In this document: positions 39,517 through 49,034 of the stretch, piece after piece | Numbering within the stretch: position 1 is the stretch's first letter | How the letters are laid out: every line of letters begins with the position of its first letter | Assembly (NCBI GenBank): GCA_016215455.1 | Contig: JACRJP010000004.1 | Span: 155,787 to 219,786 of the forward strand | DNA length: 64,000 nucleotides | Source of the DNA: Candidatus Tayloriibacteriota bacterium | Lineage (GTDB): Bacteria > Patescibacteriota > Minisyncoccia > Phycocordibacterales > PALSA-1337 | Direction: 5' to 3' | The notes under the pieces: generated by a model | Databases searched by the model: none | The model's input: only the letters and a program-made list of their open reading frames with translations | What the model was told of the DNA's origin: nothing | Made by a program: the position numbers and the translations under genes

Positions 39517-39749
39517 ATAAAAATTGGCACTTCTCAGAAGGAGTTGTACCGAACGAGACAGGTAGTCGTTTACCGCCTCAGCGTCTTGTGACCCGGCGCC
39601 TGCGCAACGCGACCTCCCGCGAGCTTGGTGCCGGGCTTGATTCTGGTAGTGTGGACGACGGGTGAACCTTTACGACCGTGTGACGACATGGTGAGGAACG
39701 GGTTTGGTTATGCTGTTGTTACACTAAGGAGCAATCACGGATATATCAA
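39515..39749 (-). other. Orphan transcription unit 9a
   Basis: TTGATA 39749-39744, 17 nt, TAGTGT 39726-39721, AGC at 39714 (a second promoter TTGACG-17-TACCAT at 39809-39781), ORF, TTTTTATTT 39523-39515. Confidence 0.65.
39570..39689 (-). CDS. 39-aa basic micro-protein (not in the ORF track)
   Basis: MSSHGRKGSPVVHTTRIKPGTKLAGGRVAQAPGHKTLRR; C-rich leader ending CCTCACC-ATG. Confidence 0.6.
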   Translation of the reverse strand: MSSHGRKGSPVVHTTRIKPGTKLAGGRVAQAPGHKTLRR

Positions 39750-39832
39750 TAGATTTCCTACGCGACTGATCCGGGAAAGTATGGTACGCTTCTTTTTGAA
39801 ATACGTCAAGGATACCTGGGGAAAGGTGTTAT

Positions 39833-40516
39833 TTACACTAACTTCTCACGGTTTTCTTTACGCCACTCTTCAATGAGTTTGTGATTTCCTGAGAGAAGAA
39901 CTTCCGGTACACGATATTTTTTCTTTTTATATTCAAATACTTCTGGACGTGTATAGACATCATCACTTGCGGCACGAGTTTCTTCTCGAGAATCAAAGTT
40001 TCCAAGAACTCCCTTGATCTGACGAGCCATAACATCAATCACAATCATTGCTGGTAACTCCCCTCCTGTAAGCACAAAAGGACCAACTGAAATATCTTCC
40101 ATTTTAAATACCTTCTTGATACGAGCATCGATTCCCTCATAGCGACCACATACAAAAATAATATCAGTGTACTTTGTTACTGTGACCTGAGCGTATTCAT
40201 TAGTAAGTTGTGCACCTCCTGGAGAAAAGAAGATTATCTTCACTTTCTTTTTATTACCCTTAGCTTTTTCAATTGCTTTAATGACAGGTAATGCTTCAAT
40301 TACCATACCAGGTCCCCCTCCATATGGCTTATCATCCACTCGTCGATCAGCATATGAAAGCTTTTTCTTTCCTTTTGTAAGTTTCGGAAGAAAGTCTCGA
40401 GGATTATAGAATTTAAAACGAATCTTCTTATCTTCCTGAGCACGCTTTAAGATAGACTCATTGAGATATGAGTCGAGGGACTGAGGAAATAGTGTAACGA
40501 TATGAAATGTGATCAT
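39833..40516 (-). CDS. trmD: tRNA (guanine-N1)-methyltransferase
   Basis: VDDKPYGGGPGM, CGRYEGID and VLTGGELPA motifs. Confidence 0.97.
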   Translation of the reverse strand: MITFHIVTLFPQSLDSYLNESILKRAQEDKKIRFKFYNPRDFLPKLTKGKKKLSYADRRVDDKPYGGGPGMVIEALPVIKAIEKAKGNKKKVKIIFFSPGGAQLTNEYAQVTVTKYTDIIFVCGRYEGIDARIKKVFKMEDISVGPFVLTGGELPAMIVIDVMARQIKGVLGNFDSREETRAASDDVYTRPEVFEYKKKKYRVPEVLLSGNHKLIEEWRKENREKLV

Positions 40517-40556
40517 ACAAAAAATCGTAATAGTATAATATCACGATTTTTTGTAT
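40515..40556 (-). terminator. 14-bp inverted repeat between khpA and trmD, overlapping the trmD start
   Basis: ATACAAAAAATCGT-14 nt-ACGATTTTTTGTAT. Confidence 0.65.
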
Positions 40557-40582
40557 TTGTAAATATTTCTTCCTAACTAAAT

Positions 40583-40909
40583 TTAGATCTTCAAGTCTGC
40601 CATTGCTTCATCGAGACTCTTTGAAGCTTTATCTGCCGACATCCCTCCAGCTGCTCCCTCACCTCCTGCTGGTTCGTTAATCTTAAGATTAACTCGAGAA
40701 TTGTTCTTCATACCAACTACACGGAGAAGTGTTCGTATTGCCTTTGCAGTATTTCCCTGTCGGCCAATAATCTTACCCATGTCAGCTGCGTTTACTTCAA
40801 GAGTCATGAGTACCCCCATCTCATCAACTGTTCGATTAATCTTCACGTCGTTCGGGTTATCTACCAAAGCTTTGATGGTGTAATCTAAGAATTTTGTATC
40901 TGCTTCCAT
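40583..40909 (-). CDS. khpA: KH-domain RNA-binding protein KhpA
   Basis: DMGKIIGRQGNTAKAIRTLL; located between rpsP and trmD. Confidence 0.92.
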   Translation of the reverse strand: MEADTKFLDYTIKALVDNPNDVKINRTVDEMGVLMTLEVNAADMGKIIGRQGNTAKAIRTLLRVVGMKNNSRVNLKINEPAGGEGAAGGMSADKASKSLDEAMADLKI

Positions 40910-41000
40910 GTAAGTATATTAATCTGCTAGTACGGTATAATTCTACCCCACACGAGGGGTACGTCAAACGAGTTTGTACACAGGCTATGAGAACTTTAGC

Positions 41001-41366
41001 TTATGCAGCAGGTGCTTCTACTGGGGCTTCAGCTGCCGGTGCAGCGGGTGCAGCAGCTACTGTTTCAGCTGGAACATCCTTCTTGATAGGAGTCTTCTTT
41101 GGGAGGGCGTTGACCTTCTTACCTGAAATCACCTTTCCATGAACAAGAAAATTATGGAGAGTATCAGAGAGTTTAGCTCCCTTTGAAATCCAGTACTTGA
41201 TCTTTTCTACATCGAGCTGCTTTACATCATTTTTGATGCGAGCATCGTATGAACCAAGCACTTCTACATACTTTCCACTCTTAGGTCCGTTCTTTGAATC
41301 AGTAAGAACTACACGAAACTTTGGTTCGTGTATTCGTCCAACGCGCTGTAATCGAATCATTAACAT
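41001..41366 (-). CDS. rpsP: 30S ribosomal protein S16
   Basis: MLMIRLQRVGR, EVLGSYD and GAKLSDT motifs. Confidence 0.95.
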   Translation of the reverse strand: MLMIRLQRVGRIHEPKFRVVLTDSKNGPKSGKYVEVLGSYDARIKNDVKQLDVEKIKYWISKGAKLSDTLHNFLVHGKVISGKKVNALPKKTPIKKDVPAETVAAAPAAPAAEAPVEAPAA

Positions 41367-41427
41367 GAGGGCTATACTACCAGACAGCTAGAAAAAAGGC
41401 AAGATATATGCTAGCCTTAGGCTATAA

Positions 41428-43407
41428 ATGAAATTATCTATAGTAGAGGGCGTTATATCAACGACAAGTAAAGGTTTCGGCTTTATTGAAGATCCAGAGA
41501 ACGCAGACAAAGACATATTTATTGAGGTTGGTAATCTCAATACAGCACTTAATGGTGACACTGTTAAGGTTAAGGTGCATGGAACTCTCAGCCCTAAAGG
41601 AAAAACAGGCGAGGTTGTTGAAGTGGTAAGTCGTGCCAAAGAACTTTTTGTTGGAACGGTAACTCTAGAAAAAGGAGCTATCGTAGTTGTCCCGGATGAT
41701 AAGAGAATGTATGTATCTATTAGTATTCCAGCAAAAAATACTCCTACTGAAGTTAAAAACGGTGATAAAGTATATCTTCAGCTTTCTCCATGGACAGATC
41801 CGAAACAAAATCCTCAAGGGACAATCCTTCGAGTACTCGGACAAAAAGGTATCAATGATGTTGAAATGGAGTCGATCGTACTTGAAAAAGGATTCGACAC
41901 TAAGTTCCCTGCTGGAGTTGAAAAAGAAGCCCACGAAATCGAAAAAAGAAAGCAACAATCTCTCGACGAAGAGCTCAAGACTCGCCGAGATATGCGCTCA
42001 ACCCTTACACTCACTATCGACCCATTTGATGCAAAAGACTTCGATGATGCAATCTCTTTTGTTGATCACAAAGATGGTACATATGAGATAGGGGTTCATA
42101 TTGCTGATGTGTCATATTACGTCACTGAAGGCTCAGCACTCGATAAAGAAGCTATCCATCGAGGTTGTTCAATCTACCTTGTCGACCGAACAATTCCGAT
42201 GCTTCCTGAAATTCTTTCAAACGATGTATGTAGTCTTAATCCAGGATCAGATAAACTCGCTTTTTCAGCCGTCTTCACCATGAATGATCAAGGTGCGGTA
42301 CTCAAGCGATGGTTTGGTCGCACAGTTATTAATTCCGCATTTCGTTTTACCTATGAAACAGCTCAGGCTGTCATTGATGACAAAACCTCATCAGATCACG
42401 AACATGCAAAAGTAAGTAATCCTGTAGAGGGACTCAAATATCGACCAGAACTTCTCAAACTCAACACTATTGCCAAAATTCTCCAGAAAGAAAAGTTTGC
42501 AAAGGGTGCAATTGAATTCGAACAAGACGAAATCAAATTCAAACTTGATGCACACGGTAAACCAATTGGAGTGTATCGTAAATCACGCCTTGATACCCAC
42601 AAACTTGTTGAGGAATACATGCTCCTCGCAAACCGAGAAGTGGCAAAATATATTTCTGATGAAATTATTCGCAAGGGTCATAAACATGCAGCTTCGGTAT
42701 ACCGTATTCACGATGTACCTGACAAAGAAAAGATTCTTGATCTTTCTCTTTTTGCCAAAGCACTTGGGTATGATCTGCACGTAGGAGAAAAGGGTGTCAC
42801 TGTACATGCCCTCAAGAGTCTCATCAAACAAGTTGAAGGAACTCCTCACGAATCACTCATCAAGACAGCAACTGTACGTTCAATGCAAAAAGCTATCTAT
42901 TCAACCAAGAATATCGGGCACTTTGGACTCGCTTTTGAATTCTATACACACTTCACTTCCCCAATCCGTCGTTACCCCGACCTCCTTGTTCATCGCATTC
43001 TTGAGAATCATTTGAAACACAATAAGTTTGGTGATAAAGAAATGGCGATCTTCCAACATATCGCTGATAAATCAACACAACGTGAAATCTCTGCAGCTGA
43101 AGCCGAGCGTGCTTCAATCAAACTCAAGCAAGTTGAATACATGGCGGACAAAGTCGGTAAAGAATTCGATGGTACCATCTCAGGTGTTACTGAATGGGGT
43201 ATGTACGTTGAAGAAAATGAATCAAAGTCTGAAGGAATGATCAAGCTTCGTGACTTGAGTGATGACTTCTATAGTTTTAACAAGAAAACATATTCTCTCA
43301 TTGGTCAGAAGACAGGTAAAACCTACACCCTCGGTGGTCCTGTTCGCTTTAAAGTTGTCGCGGCTGATCTCGATAAAAAAGTACTCGATTTTGTACTTGT
43401 ACCATAA
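41428..43407 (+). CDS. rnr: Ribonuclease R
   Basis: Cold-shock domains, TIDPFDAKDFDDA, HFTSPIRRYPDL and a C-terminal S1 domain. Confidence 0.95.
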   Translation: MKLSIVEGVISTTSKGFGFIEDPENADKDIFIEVGNLNTALNGDTVKVKVHGTLSPKGKTGEVVEVVSRAKELFVGTVTLEKGAIVVVPDDKRMYVSISIPAKNTPTEVKNGDKVYLQLSPWTDPKQNPQGTILRVLGQKGINDVEMESIVLEKGFDTKFPAGVEKEAHEIEKRKQQSLDEELKTRRDMRSTLTLTIDPFDAKDFDDAISFVDHKDGTYEIGVHIADVSYYVTEGSALDKEAIHRGCSIYLVDRTIPMLPEILSNDVCSLNPGSDKLAFSAVFTMNDQGAVLKRWFGRTVINSAFRFTYETAQAVIDDKTSSDHEHAKVSNPVEGLKYRPELLKLNTIAKILQKEKFAKGAIEFEQDEIKFKLDAHGKPIGVYRKSRLDTHKLVEEYMLLANREVAKYISDEIIRKGHKHAASVYRIHDVPDKEKILDLSLFAKALGYDLHVGEKGVTVHALKSLIKQVEGTPHESLIKTATVRSMQKAIYSTKNIGHFGLAFEFYTHFTSPIRRYPDLLVHRILENHLKHNKFGDKEMAIFQHIADKSTQREISAAEAERASIKLKQVEYMADKVGKEFDGTISGVTEWGMYVEENESKSEGMIKLRDLSDDFYSFNKKTYSLIGQKTGKTYTLGGPVRFKVVAADLDKKVLDFVLVP

Positions 43408-43413
43408 GCACTA

Positions 43414-45582
43414 CTAAAGAACAGTCTCTGACGAAGTTGCAACTTCCTCCACAGTTGATACAGGCTCAGGAGTTGGGGTTACTTCTTCAATTGTTGTTAC
43501 AGGAGCTGGAATTACTTCCTCAGTAGTTGTTGCAGGGGTTTCAGACGACACTTCAGGTTTTACCAACTCAACTAAAGTAGTAGTACCAACATCTATTGCT
43601 ACAGGTGTCGTTGTAGATGTATCTGGTATGACGACAATTTCTGGAGTAGCCACAGTGTTACTTACAACATTTGCGCTGCCGCACTGTCCCATTCTCTTAA
43701 ACCAATCACCGTTACGGATAGTAAAACAGTATGTATCTCCTGTTGCTTCATCTTTCATTTCAATACCACCAGCTGACAAACTCTTAGTTGTAACATTATT
43801 ACTTATTACCTTATCAACTTCTATCGTAGAAGTTGCTGTATACGTCATATGACCCTTAAGAAAATCTATCTGTGACTGGAGTTCCTGCATCCCCTTTACA
43901 ATATATGGAATAACTTGAGCATACAGAACTGATTTAATTCCACTAGCATCTGTTCTCACGAGTTCAGGAAACACTCGTTCAACATCCTGAGCCAAGAAAC
44001 CAACCTGTTGATCAGAATCAGGATTTGATTTCCAATTAAAATACACTGATCGTAATGTGAGAAGTTTACCTAACGATGATTTTGGTAGTTCTGTTATATT
44101 CGTTTTGAGATTTTCATCAGATGTACATGAGAAACCTGTACCAGCAACAACAGTACACTGAGTACCTCCTGACCCTTCAAAACGTGCCACGTTGGTCGTT
44201 GTGGTTGTTGAAACATGAAGGCGATATAAAGGAGACGCTATTCCAATACCCAAACTTCCACGAGCTGCAGAAGTACCTTCATCAACATAGTCTGAATACA
44301 AGACATTACCGATATTCATACCATTCGATCGATTAGTAAATCCTGTACCCGCACCAATTAAAATATTATTTGATCCAGTTGTAAGATTGTTACCTGCACT
44401 AGAACCAATTACCACATTACTACTTCCTGTATTAATATCGTCCGCAGCAGAAGAACCGATGACAACATTGTACCCACCGGAAGAAATATACTCTCCCGAT
44501 TCACTACCGATGGCCACGTTTCCTTTTCCTGAAGTCAGACGAGTTAGTGCCTGATATCCAATAGCAGTAGAATTGTAATTATACCCAGACCCTATACCAG
44601 CCATTGCTTCATACCCTATTGCCACCGAATAATTACCTGATCCACTTTCGAGATTATTTGCTGCGTATGATCCTACAAATACCGCACTATTAGGTACATA
44701 TGTCTGGCTTGTATTATTACTATATATGTTATCACCAATCAAAACACTATAACCATTACCGCTGTCGAGATACGGTGCCACATTATCTCCTACCAAAGTC
44801 ATACCATACATACTACTAGTAATAGAACCTAACCCTGTCCTTCCTATTAAGGTTACATCTTGTTCTGGAAAAACTCGAAAAACAGGACTTGATGAAGCAG
44901 TTATAAAGCTTCCATTTGTTAACTCTAATCTTCCACTGACCGTTGTTGTTCCAACAACAGCTAGAGCTGATACAGGTGAAGTTGTTCCTATACCCAAAAA
45001 CCCAGTCACTGTTACATCATCTGAGAATGAAGTATCTCCAGAAAACGAAGCTCCTGTTACAGAAGGACTTGCGATTGTTGAATTAGAAATTGTAGCACCG
45101 CTGATGTTTGATACGTTTGCAGTAATTGCCTGACTTATCGAACGACGATCTGAATCATTCTGTCGTGTTTGATGAGCTCGTAATGCAGTAAGTTCGTTTC
45201 GAAACTGTTGCATCGCCATAGCATCAACCGTATTAAATACTTGCGTAATTGGTGATACGTAAATTGGTTTTTCTATTTCCCGTACTAACGTCTCACGAAT
45301 CACAGTTGTTGTAGCGTATAACACAGGAGAGGTAGACGAAGCTGTACTTGTCGCACTTAAATCACTCAATATCGCTTGAGATGTCTGTAGAGCACTAACG
45401 GTATTTGCTACAGAAGCAGCAGATCCTTCTGACAATACATTACGTACAACACCGAATATAGATGTGATTTTTTTACCAAGATCTTCAAATGAAAAAGCAT
45501 GGGTAACGGATGGTACAAGACACACGACCATTGCAATAGCTACAACTCGACGTATCAACTTTGTATTATTAAATATTCTCAT
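43414..45582 (-). CDS. Secreted fibre-like surface protein with an S74 intramolecular chaperone domain
   Basis: Signal peptide; GIGTTSP and NVAIG/NVVIG repeats; SDENLKTNI...GFLAQDVERVFPELV; Thr/Glu/Pro-rich tail. Confidence 0.8.
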   Translation of the reverse strand: MRIFNNTKLIRRVVAIAMVVCLVPSVTHAFSFEDLGKKITSIFGVVRNVLSEGSAASVANTVSALQTSQAILSDLSATSTASSTSPVLYATTTVIRETLVREIEKPIYVSPITQVFNTVDAMAMQQFRNELTALRAHQTRQNDSDRRSISQAITANVSNISGATISNSTIASPSVTGASFSGDTSFSDDVTVTGFLGIGTTSPVSALAVVGTTTVSGRLELTNGSFITASSSPVFRVFPEQDVTLIGRTGLGSITSSMYGMTLVGDNVAPYLDSGNGYSVLIGDNIYSNNTSQTYVPNSAVFVGSYAANNLESGSGNYSVAIGYEAMAGIGSGYNYNSTAIGYQALTRLTSGKGNVAIGSESGEYISSGGYNVVIGSSAADDINTGSSNVVIGSSAGNNLTTGSNNILIGAGTGFTNRSNGMNIGNVLYSDYVDEGTSAARGSLGIGIASPLYRLHVSTTTTTNVARFEGSGGTQCTVVAGTGFSCTSDENLKTNITELPKSSLGKLLTLRSVYFNWKSNPDSDQQVGFLAQDVERVFPELVRTDASGIKSVLYAQVIPYIVKGMQELQSQIDFLKGHMTYTATSTIEVDKVISNNVTTKSLSAGGIEMKDEATGDTYCFTIRNGDWFKRMGQCGSANVVSNTVATPEIVVIPDTSTTTPVAIDVGTTTLVELVKPEVSSETPATTTEEVIPAPVTTIEEVTPTPEPVSTVEEVATSSETVL

Positions 45583-45646
45583 ATAATTTTAGAGCTTCTT
45601 ACTAACAATAATACCATACGGCTCTACACCGAATCGATGTGGATAT

Positions 45647-47914
45647 CTATTTCGCTACCTTTACTGCTTCATCAAATTGAATTGAAAGAAGTTTTGATCC
45701 CCCATCAGCTCCCATAGTTACTCCGTAGAGGGTTCCGGCACGTGACATTGTTTCGCGGTTATGAGTAATGAGAATAAGCTGAGAATACTTCGCGAGACTT
45801 TCGATCATGTCTCCATATTTTCGAGAATTAGCTTCATCGAGTGCTGCGTCTGTTTCATCAAGAATGATAAATGGAGGTGGATTTACTTGAGAAATAGCAA
45901 AGAGAAGTGCAATCGATGTCAGTGCTCGTTCTCCACCTGAAAGCATCATAAGACTTTTTACTTTCTTTCGTGGAAGATTTACCGCAATCTCAATCCCCTC
46001 TCGACCATCTTCATCTTCAGTATTCTCAGGTAGCGGTGCCTCATCATCAAGAAGAACGCTAAGATCTGTGTCACTTTTCTTACGTTTCTTCTCTCGAATC
46101 ACCTGAAGCTCAGCAGAACCTCCCCCGAACATAAGCGAGAAGAAATGAGAAAACTGGGCATTGATTTTGAGAATCCCCTCTTTGAATTCAAGATCGAGAC
46201 GAGTGTCGAGATCAGCAATAAGATTTTCAAGAGACTGCTTGGCTAAAACAAGGTCAGTAAGTTCTTTCTCAAGAAATGCATCACGTTCTTCTACTTCTTT
46301 GCATTCCTTAAGTACATCATCAGCGTTACCTGTTCCTGAATCTTCAATACGGATTTTAAGTTTTTCAAGTACACGTTTACGATCCTCCTGAGCTTGTCGA
46401 GGTTCGACAAAATGAGGATCAACAACAATACTCTTTACGTCAACCGCCTCTCGTCCTGCAAGAATATATGCTTCATTAAGTTCACGCTTGTACGCATCCT
46501 CTTCAAGAGAAATCCGTTCACTGCGACCATTCAATGTATTAAGAATTGATCGTACTTCATTCTGGCGGGCAATAATACGAAACACTTCCTTTTCAGCATC
46601 ACGATTTGAATCTTTTTCTCGTTCAATAGAATCTTTGAGGACTGCGTAACGATGACCAAGTTCTTTTTCACGAACTTCCGCATTCTCACTTTGAGCAGTA
46701 AGTTTTTTCTTTGAATCTTCAAGTTTGTTAATTTCAGCTTCAGTGGTAACACCCTTGTCAGTCGGTGCTGTCGTAGTTTTATGAAGAGAAATAAAACCAA
46801 AGAGTAATTCTTTGATACTTCCAAAAATACTCTGAAGCTCTTCAACTGACTTCTTTTCAAAAGAATGTCCAATGTGTTGGTCAACTTTACGAACGATTTC
46901 TTCAACATCCTTGAGGTACACAGTTTTAGAATCCTCACGTGCCTGCTGTTCTCTTTCTTTTGCAATGACGCGCTTAAGAGCTCCAATTTCTCCATCAATC
47001 TGACCAAGTTCACGTGTATACCCATCTCGTTCACGTCGAATATCAGCAAGTGCCTTTTCAAGAGCAATTACTTCATTACTTGTACCATCTTTGTTTTTTG
47101 ATTTCTCGAGTACAGATCGAGCGTGTTCAAGTTCTTTATCAAGCCGAGCTAATTCATGTGCTGGTTGTGCTTTTTCTTTAGCGATAGTATTTTTCTCACG
47201 AGCCAAATATATTTCTTCACGTTTAAGATATTCACGATATAGGCCTCGCAATTCTTCTCGCATTTCACGAACTTTCTCCGCTTTTTCTACCTGCTTTTTG
47301 AGAAATTTGAGATGTGGAGCAATCTCCTTTCGAAGTGACTCAACTTGCTCCATATTTTCTTCTGTTTTCTCGAGCTTACGAATACTTTCCTGCTTTTTAT
47401 AGTGATAGACCTTGAGACCAAGAGCATCTTCGATCATCTCACGTCGTTCATGCATGTTTGCTGAAAGAATTCGATCAGCTTCACCTTGAGAGATAATATG
47501 ATGACCTGACGCGCCAATATGTGCTCCAGCAAGAAGTTCGATGACATCTTTAAGACGAACTTGGCTACCATTAATGAGATACTCATTAATTCCATCTCGA
47601 TGAACAAGACGTTCAATTGTTACTTCATCAAAATCAATATTGAGAATTCTCTTCGCATTATCAAACACAACCTTGACCGAGGCACGATTCACACGACCAG
47701 CTTCAGCGCTGCCATTGAAAATAAGATCTTCTCCCCGCTTACCACGCATCGATTTGATTGATTGCTCTCCAAGTACAAAACGAAAAGCTTCCGCGACGTT
47801 TGATTTACCAGAACCATTTGGTCCTACGATTGATGCGATGGGAGAAGTAAAAGAAAGCGTTGCCTTTTTGGCAAACGACTTGAATCCAGAAATCTCGAGT
47901 GACTTCAAATACAT
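45647..47914 (-). CDS. smc: SMC-family ATPase, short and hinge-less
   Basis: GFKSF, GPNGSGKSN, LSGGE and LDETDAALD motifs; only 755 aa. Confidence 0.9.
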   Translation of the reverse strand: MYLKSLEISGFKSFAKKATLSFTSPIASIVGPNGSGKSNVAEAFRFVLGEQSIKSMRGKRGEDLIFNGSAEAGRVNRASVKVVFDNAKRILNIDFDEVTIERLVHRDGINEYLINGSQVRLKDVIELLAGAHIGASGHHIISQGEADRILSANMHERREMIEDALGLKVYHYKKQESIRKLEKTEENMEQVESLRKEIAPHLKFLKKQVEKAEKVREMREELRGLYREYLKREEIYLAREKNTIAKEKAQPAHELARLDKELEHARSVLEKSKNKDGTSNEVIALEKALADIRRERDGYTRELGQIDGEIGALKRVIAKEREQQAREDSKTVYLKDVEEIVRKVDQHIGHSFEKKSVEELQSIFGSIKELLFGFISLHKTTTAPTDKGVTTEAEINKLEDSKKKLTAQSENAEVREKELGHRYAVLKDSIEREKDSNRDAEKEVFRIIARQNEVRSILNTLNGRSERISLEEDAYKRELNEAYILAGREAVDVKSIVVDPHFVEPRQAQEDRKRVLEKLKIRIEDSGTGNADDVLKECKEVEERDAFLEKELTDLVLAKQSLENLIADLDTRLDLEFKEGILKINAQFSHFFSLMFGGGSAELQVIREKKRKKSDTDLSVLLDDEAPLPENTEDEDGREGIEIAVNLPRKKVKSLMMLSGGERALTSIALLFAISQVNPPPFIILDETDAALDEANSRKYGDMIESLAKYSQLILITHNRETMSRAGTLYGVTMGADGGSKLLSIQFDEAVKVAK

Positions 47915-47964
47915 GGCACTATTTTAGCATATAAATAAACTTGTCTGATGATTTCAAATAATAT

Positions 47965-48294
47965 TTGACATACATAAAATATCATGTAATGATACTCTTT
48001 AGAAAATTAACCTCAGTCGTAATTACGATTCACATTTCAGATATGAAATCTCGTATTTGGTCTCTTCTCATCCTGATACTGTTCCTCATTGCGTGCACTG
48101 TAGGTGCACTTCAATTACACCAGTGGGCGCAGAATGATCCAGAGAACAGCGAAACACCTCTCGGAATTTGGTGGATGTTTCTCTTTTTTGTTGGAGGGGG
48201 TATTATCGCAGAAACATGCAACCTTATTACATTCATCAGAGAATCACGTAAACGTCGTAGTCAAACAGCACTTTAGTTTTGAAAATTTTTATTT
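47965..48294 (+). other. Orphan transcription unit 10
   Basis: TTGACA 47965-47970, weak -10, AGA at 48001, ORF 48043-48276, TTTTTATTT 48286-48294 overlapping the rnc stop codon. Confidence 0.65.
48043..48276 (+). CDS. 77-aa 2-TM hypothetical protein with a basic C-terminus
   Basis: Start moved to MKSRIW; two TMs; ends RESRKRRSQTAL. Confidence 0.6.
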   Translation: MKSRIWSLLILILFLIACTVGALQLHQWAQNDPENSETPLGIWWMFLFFVGGGIIAETCNLITFIRESRKRRSQTAL

Positions 48295-48997
48295 ACCACC
48301 CCTTCACTTCAAGTGCCTTCTCGGCCGCTTTTTGTTCTGCTTCTTGTTTTGAGAGTCCTGCACCAGTCGCTATTTGTACATCACCGAGAAATACAGCAAG
48401 AGTAAATTGCTTACTATGATCTGGTCCTGTTTCCTTAAGTGTCTTATACGACGGTGTAATACCATGAACCTCCTGAGCTTTTTCTTGAAAACGACTCTTT
48501 GCATCAAGCCATAGTTTCTTCGCTACAATCTCTTCAATATCAATGACCTCAAGAATGTGTTGAGAAATAAAATTTGCAGCAGCTCCATATCCTTGATCAA
48601 CGTAGATAGCGCCGATAATAGCCTCAATTGCATCAGCGAGAATAATGCCACGAGCACGACCATTGTCACGTGATTCACCACGAGAAAGAAGGATGTAATT
48701 ATTAACCTCAAGATACTGGGCTACTTTTGAAAGACTTACTGTATTCACAATAGCCGAACGATACGCGGTCAAATCACCTTCTGCATGACCAGGGTATTTT
48801 TGAAAAAGGAAAAATGTTACTACAAGTTCAAGTACTGCATCTCCAAGAAATTCAAGACGTTCGTTATGTTCCAAACCAAGTCCTTTATTTTCATTTATAT
48901 ATGAACGATGCGTACATGCACGTCGAAGAATAGCCTTATCCTTAAAGGATACGCCTATTTTTCTCTCTAATTCTTCAAAATTTACATATTGCTTCAT
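48293..48997 (-). CDS. rnc: Ribonuclease III
   Basis: NERLEFLGDAVL signature and a dsRNA-binding domain. Confidence 0.97.
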   Translation of the reverse strand: MKQYVNFEELERKIGVSFKDKAILRRACTHRSYINENKGLGLEHNERLEFLGDAVLELVVTFFLFQKYPGHAEGDLTAYRSAIVNTVSLSKVAQYLEVNNYILLSRGESRDNGRARGIILADAIEAIIGAIYVDQGYGAAANFISQHILEVIDIEEIVAKKLWLDAKSRFQEKAQEVHGITPSYKTLKETGPDHSKQFTLAVFLGDVQIATGAGLSKQEAEQKAAEKALEVKGW

Positions 48998-49034
48998 GTA
49001 TAAGATGACTATACCAAACTACAATCCTTATGTC

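Noticed and set aside
39625-39876. 83-aa plus-strand ORF
   Set aside because: It overlaps the trmD end and two minus-strand promoters; the minus-strand 39-aa ORF explains the region better
43414-45582. Prophage tail gene
   Set aside because: It has a signal peptide and no neighbouring phage genes
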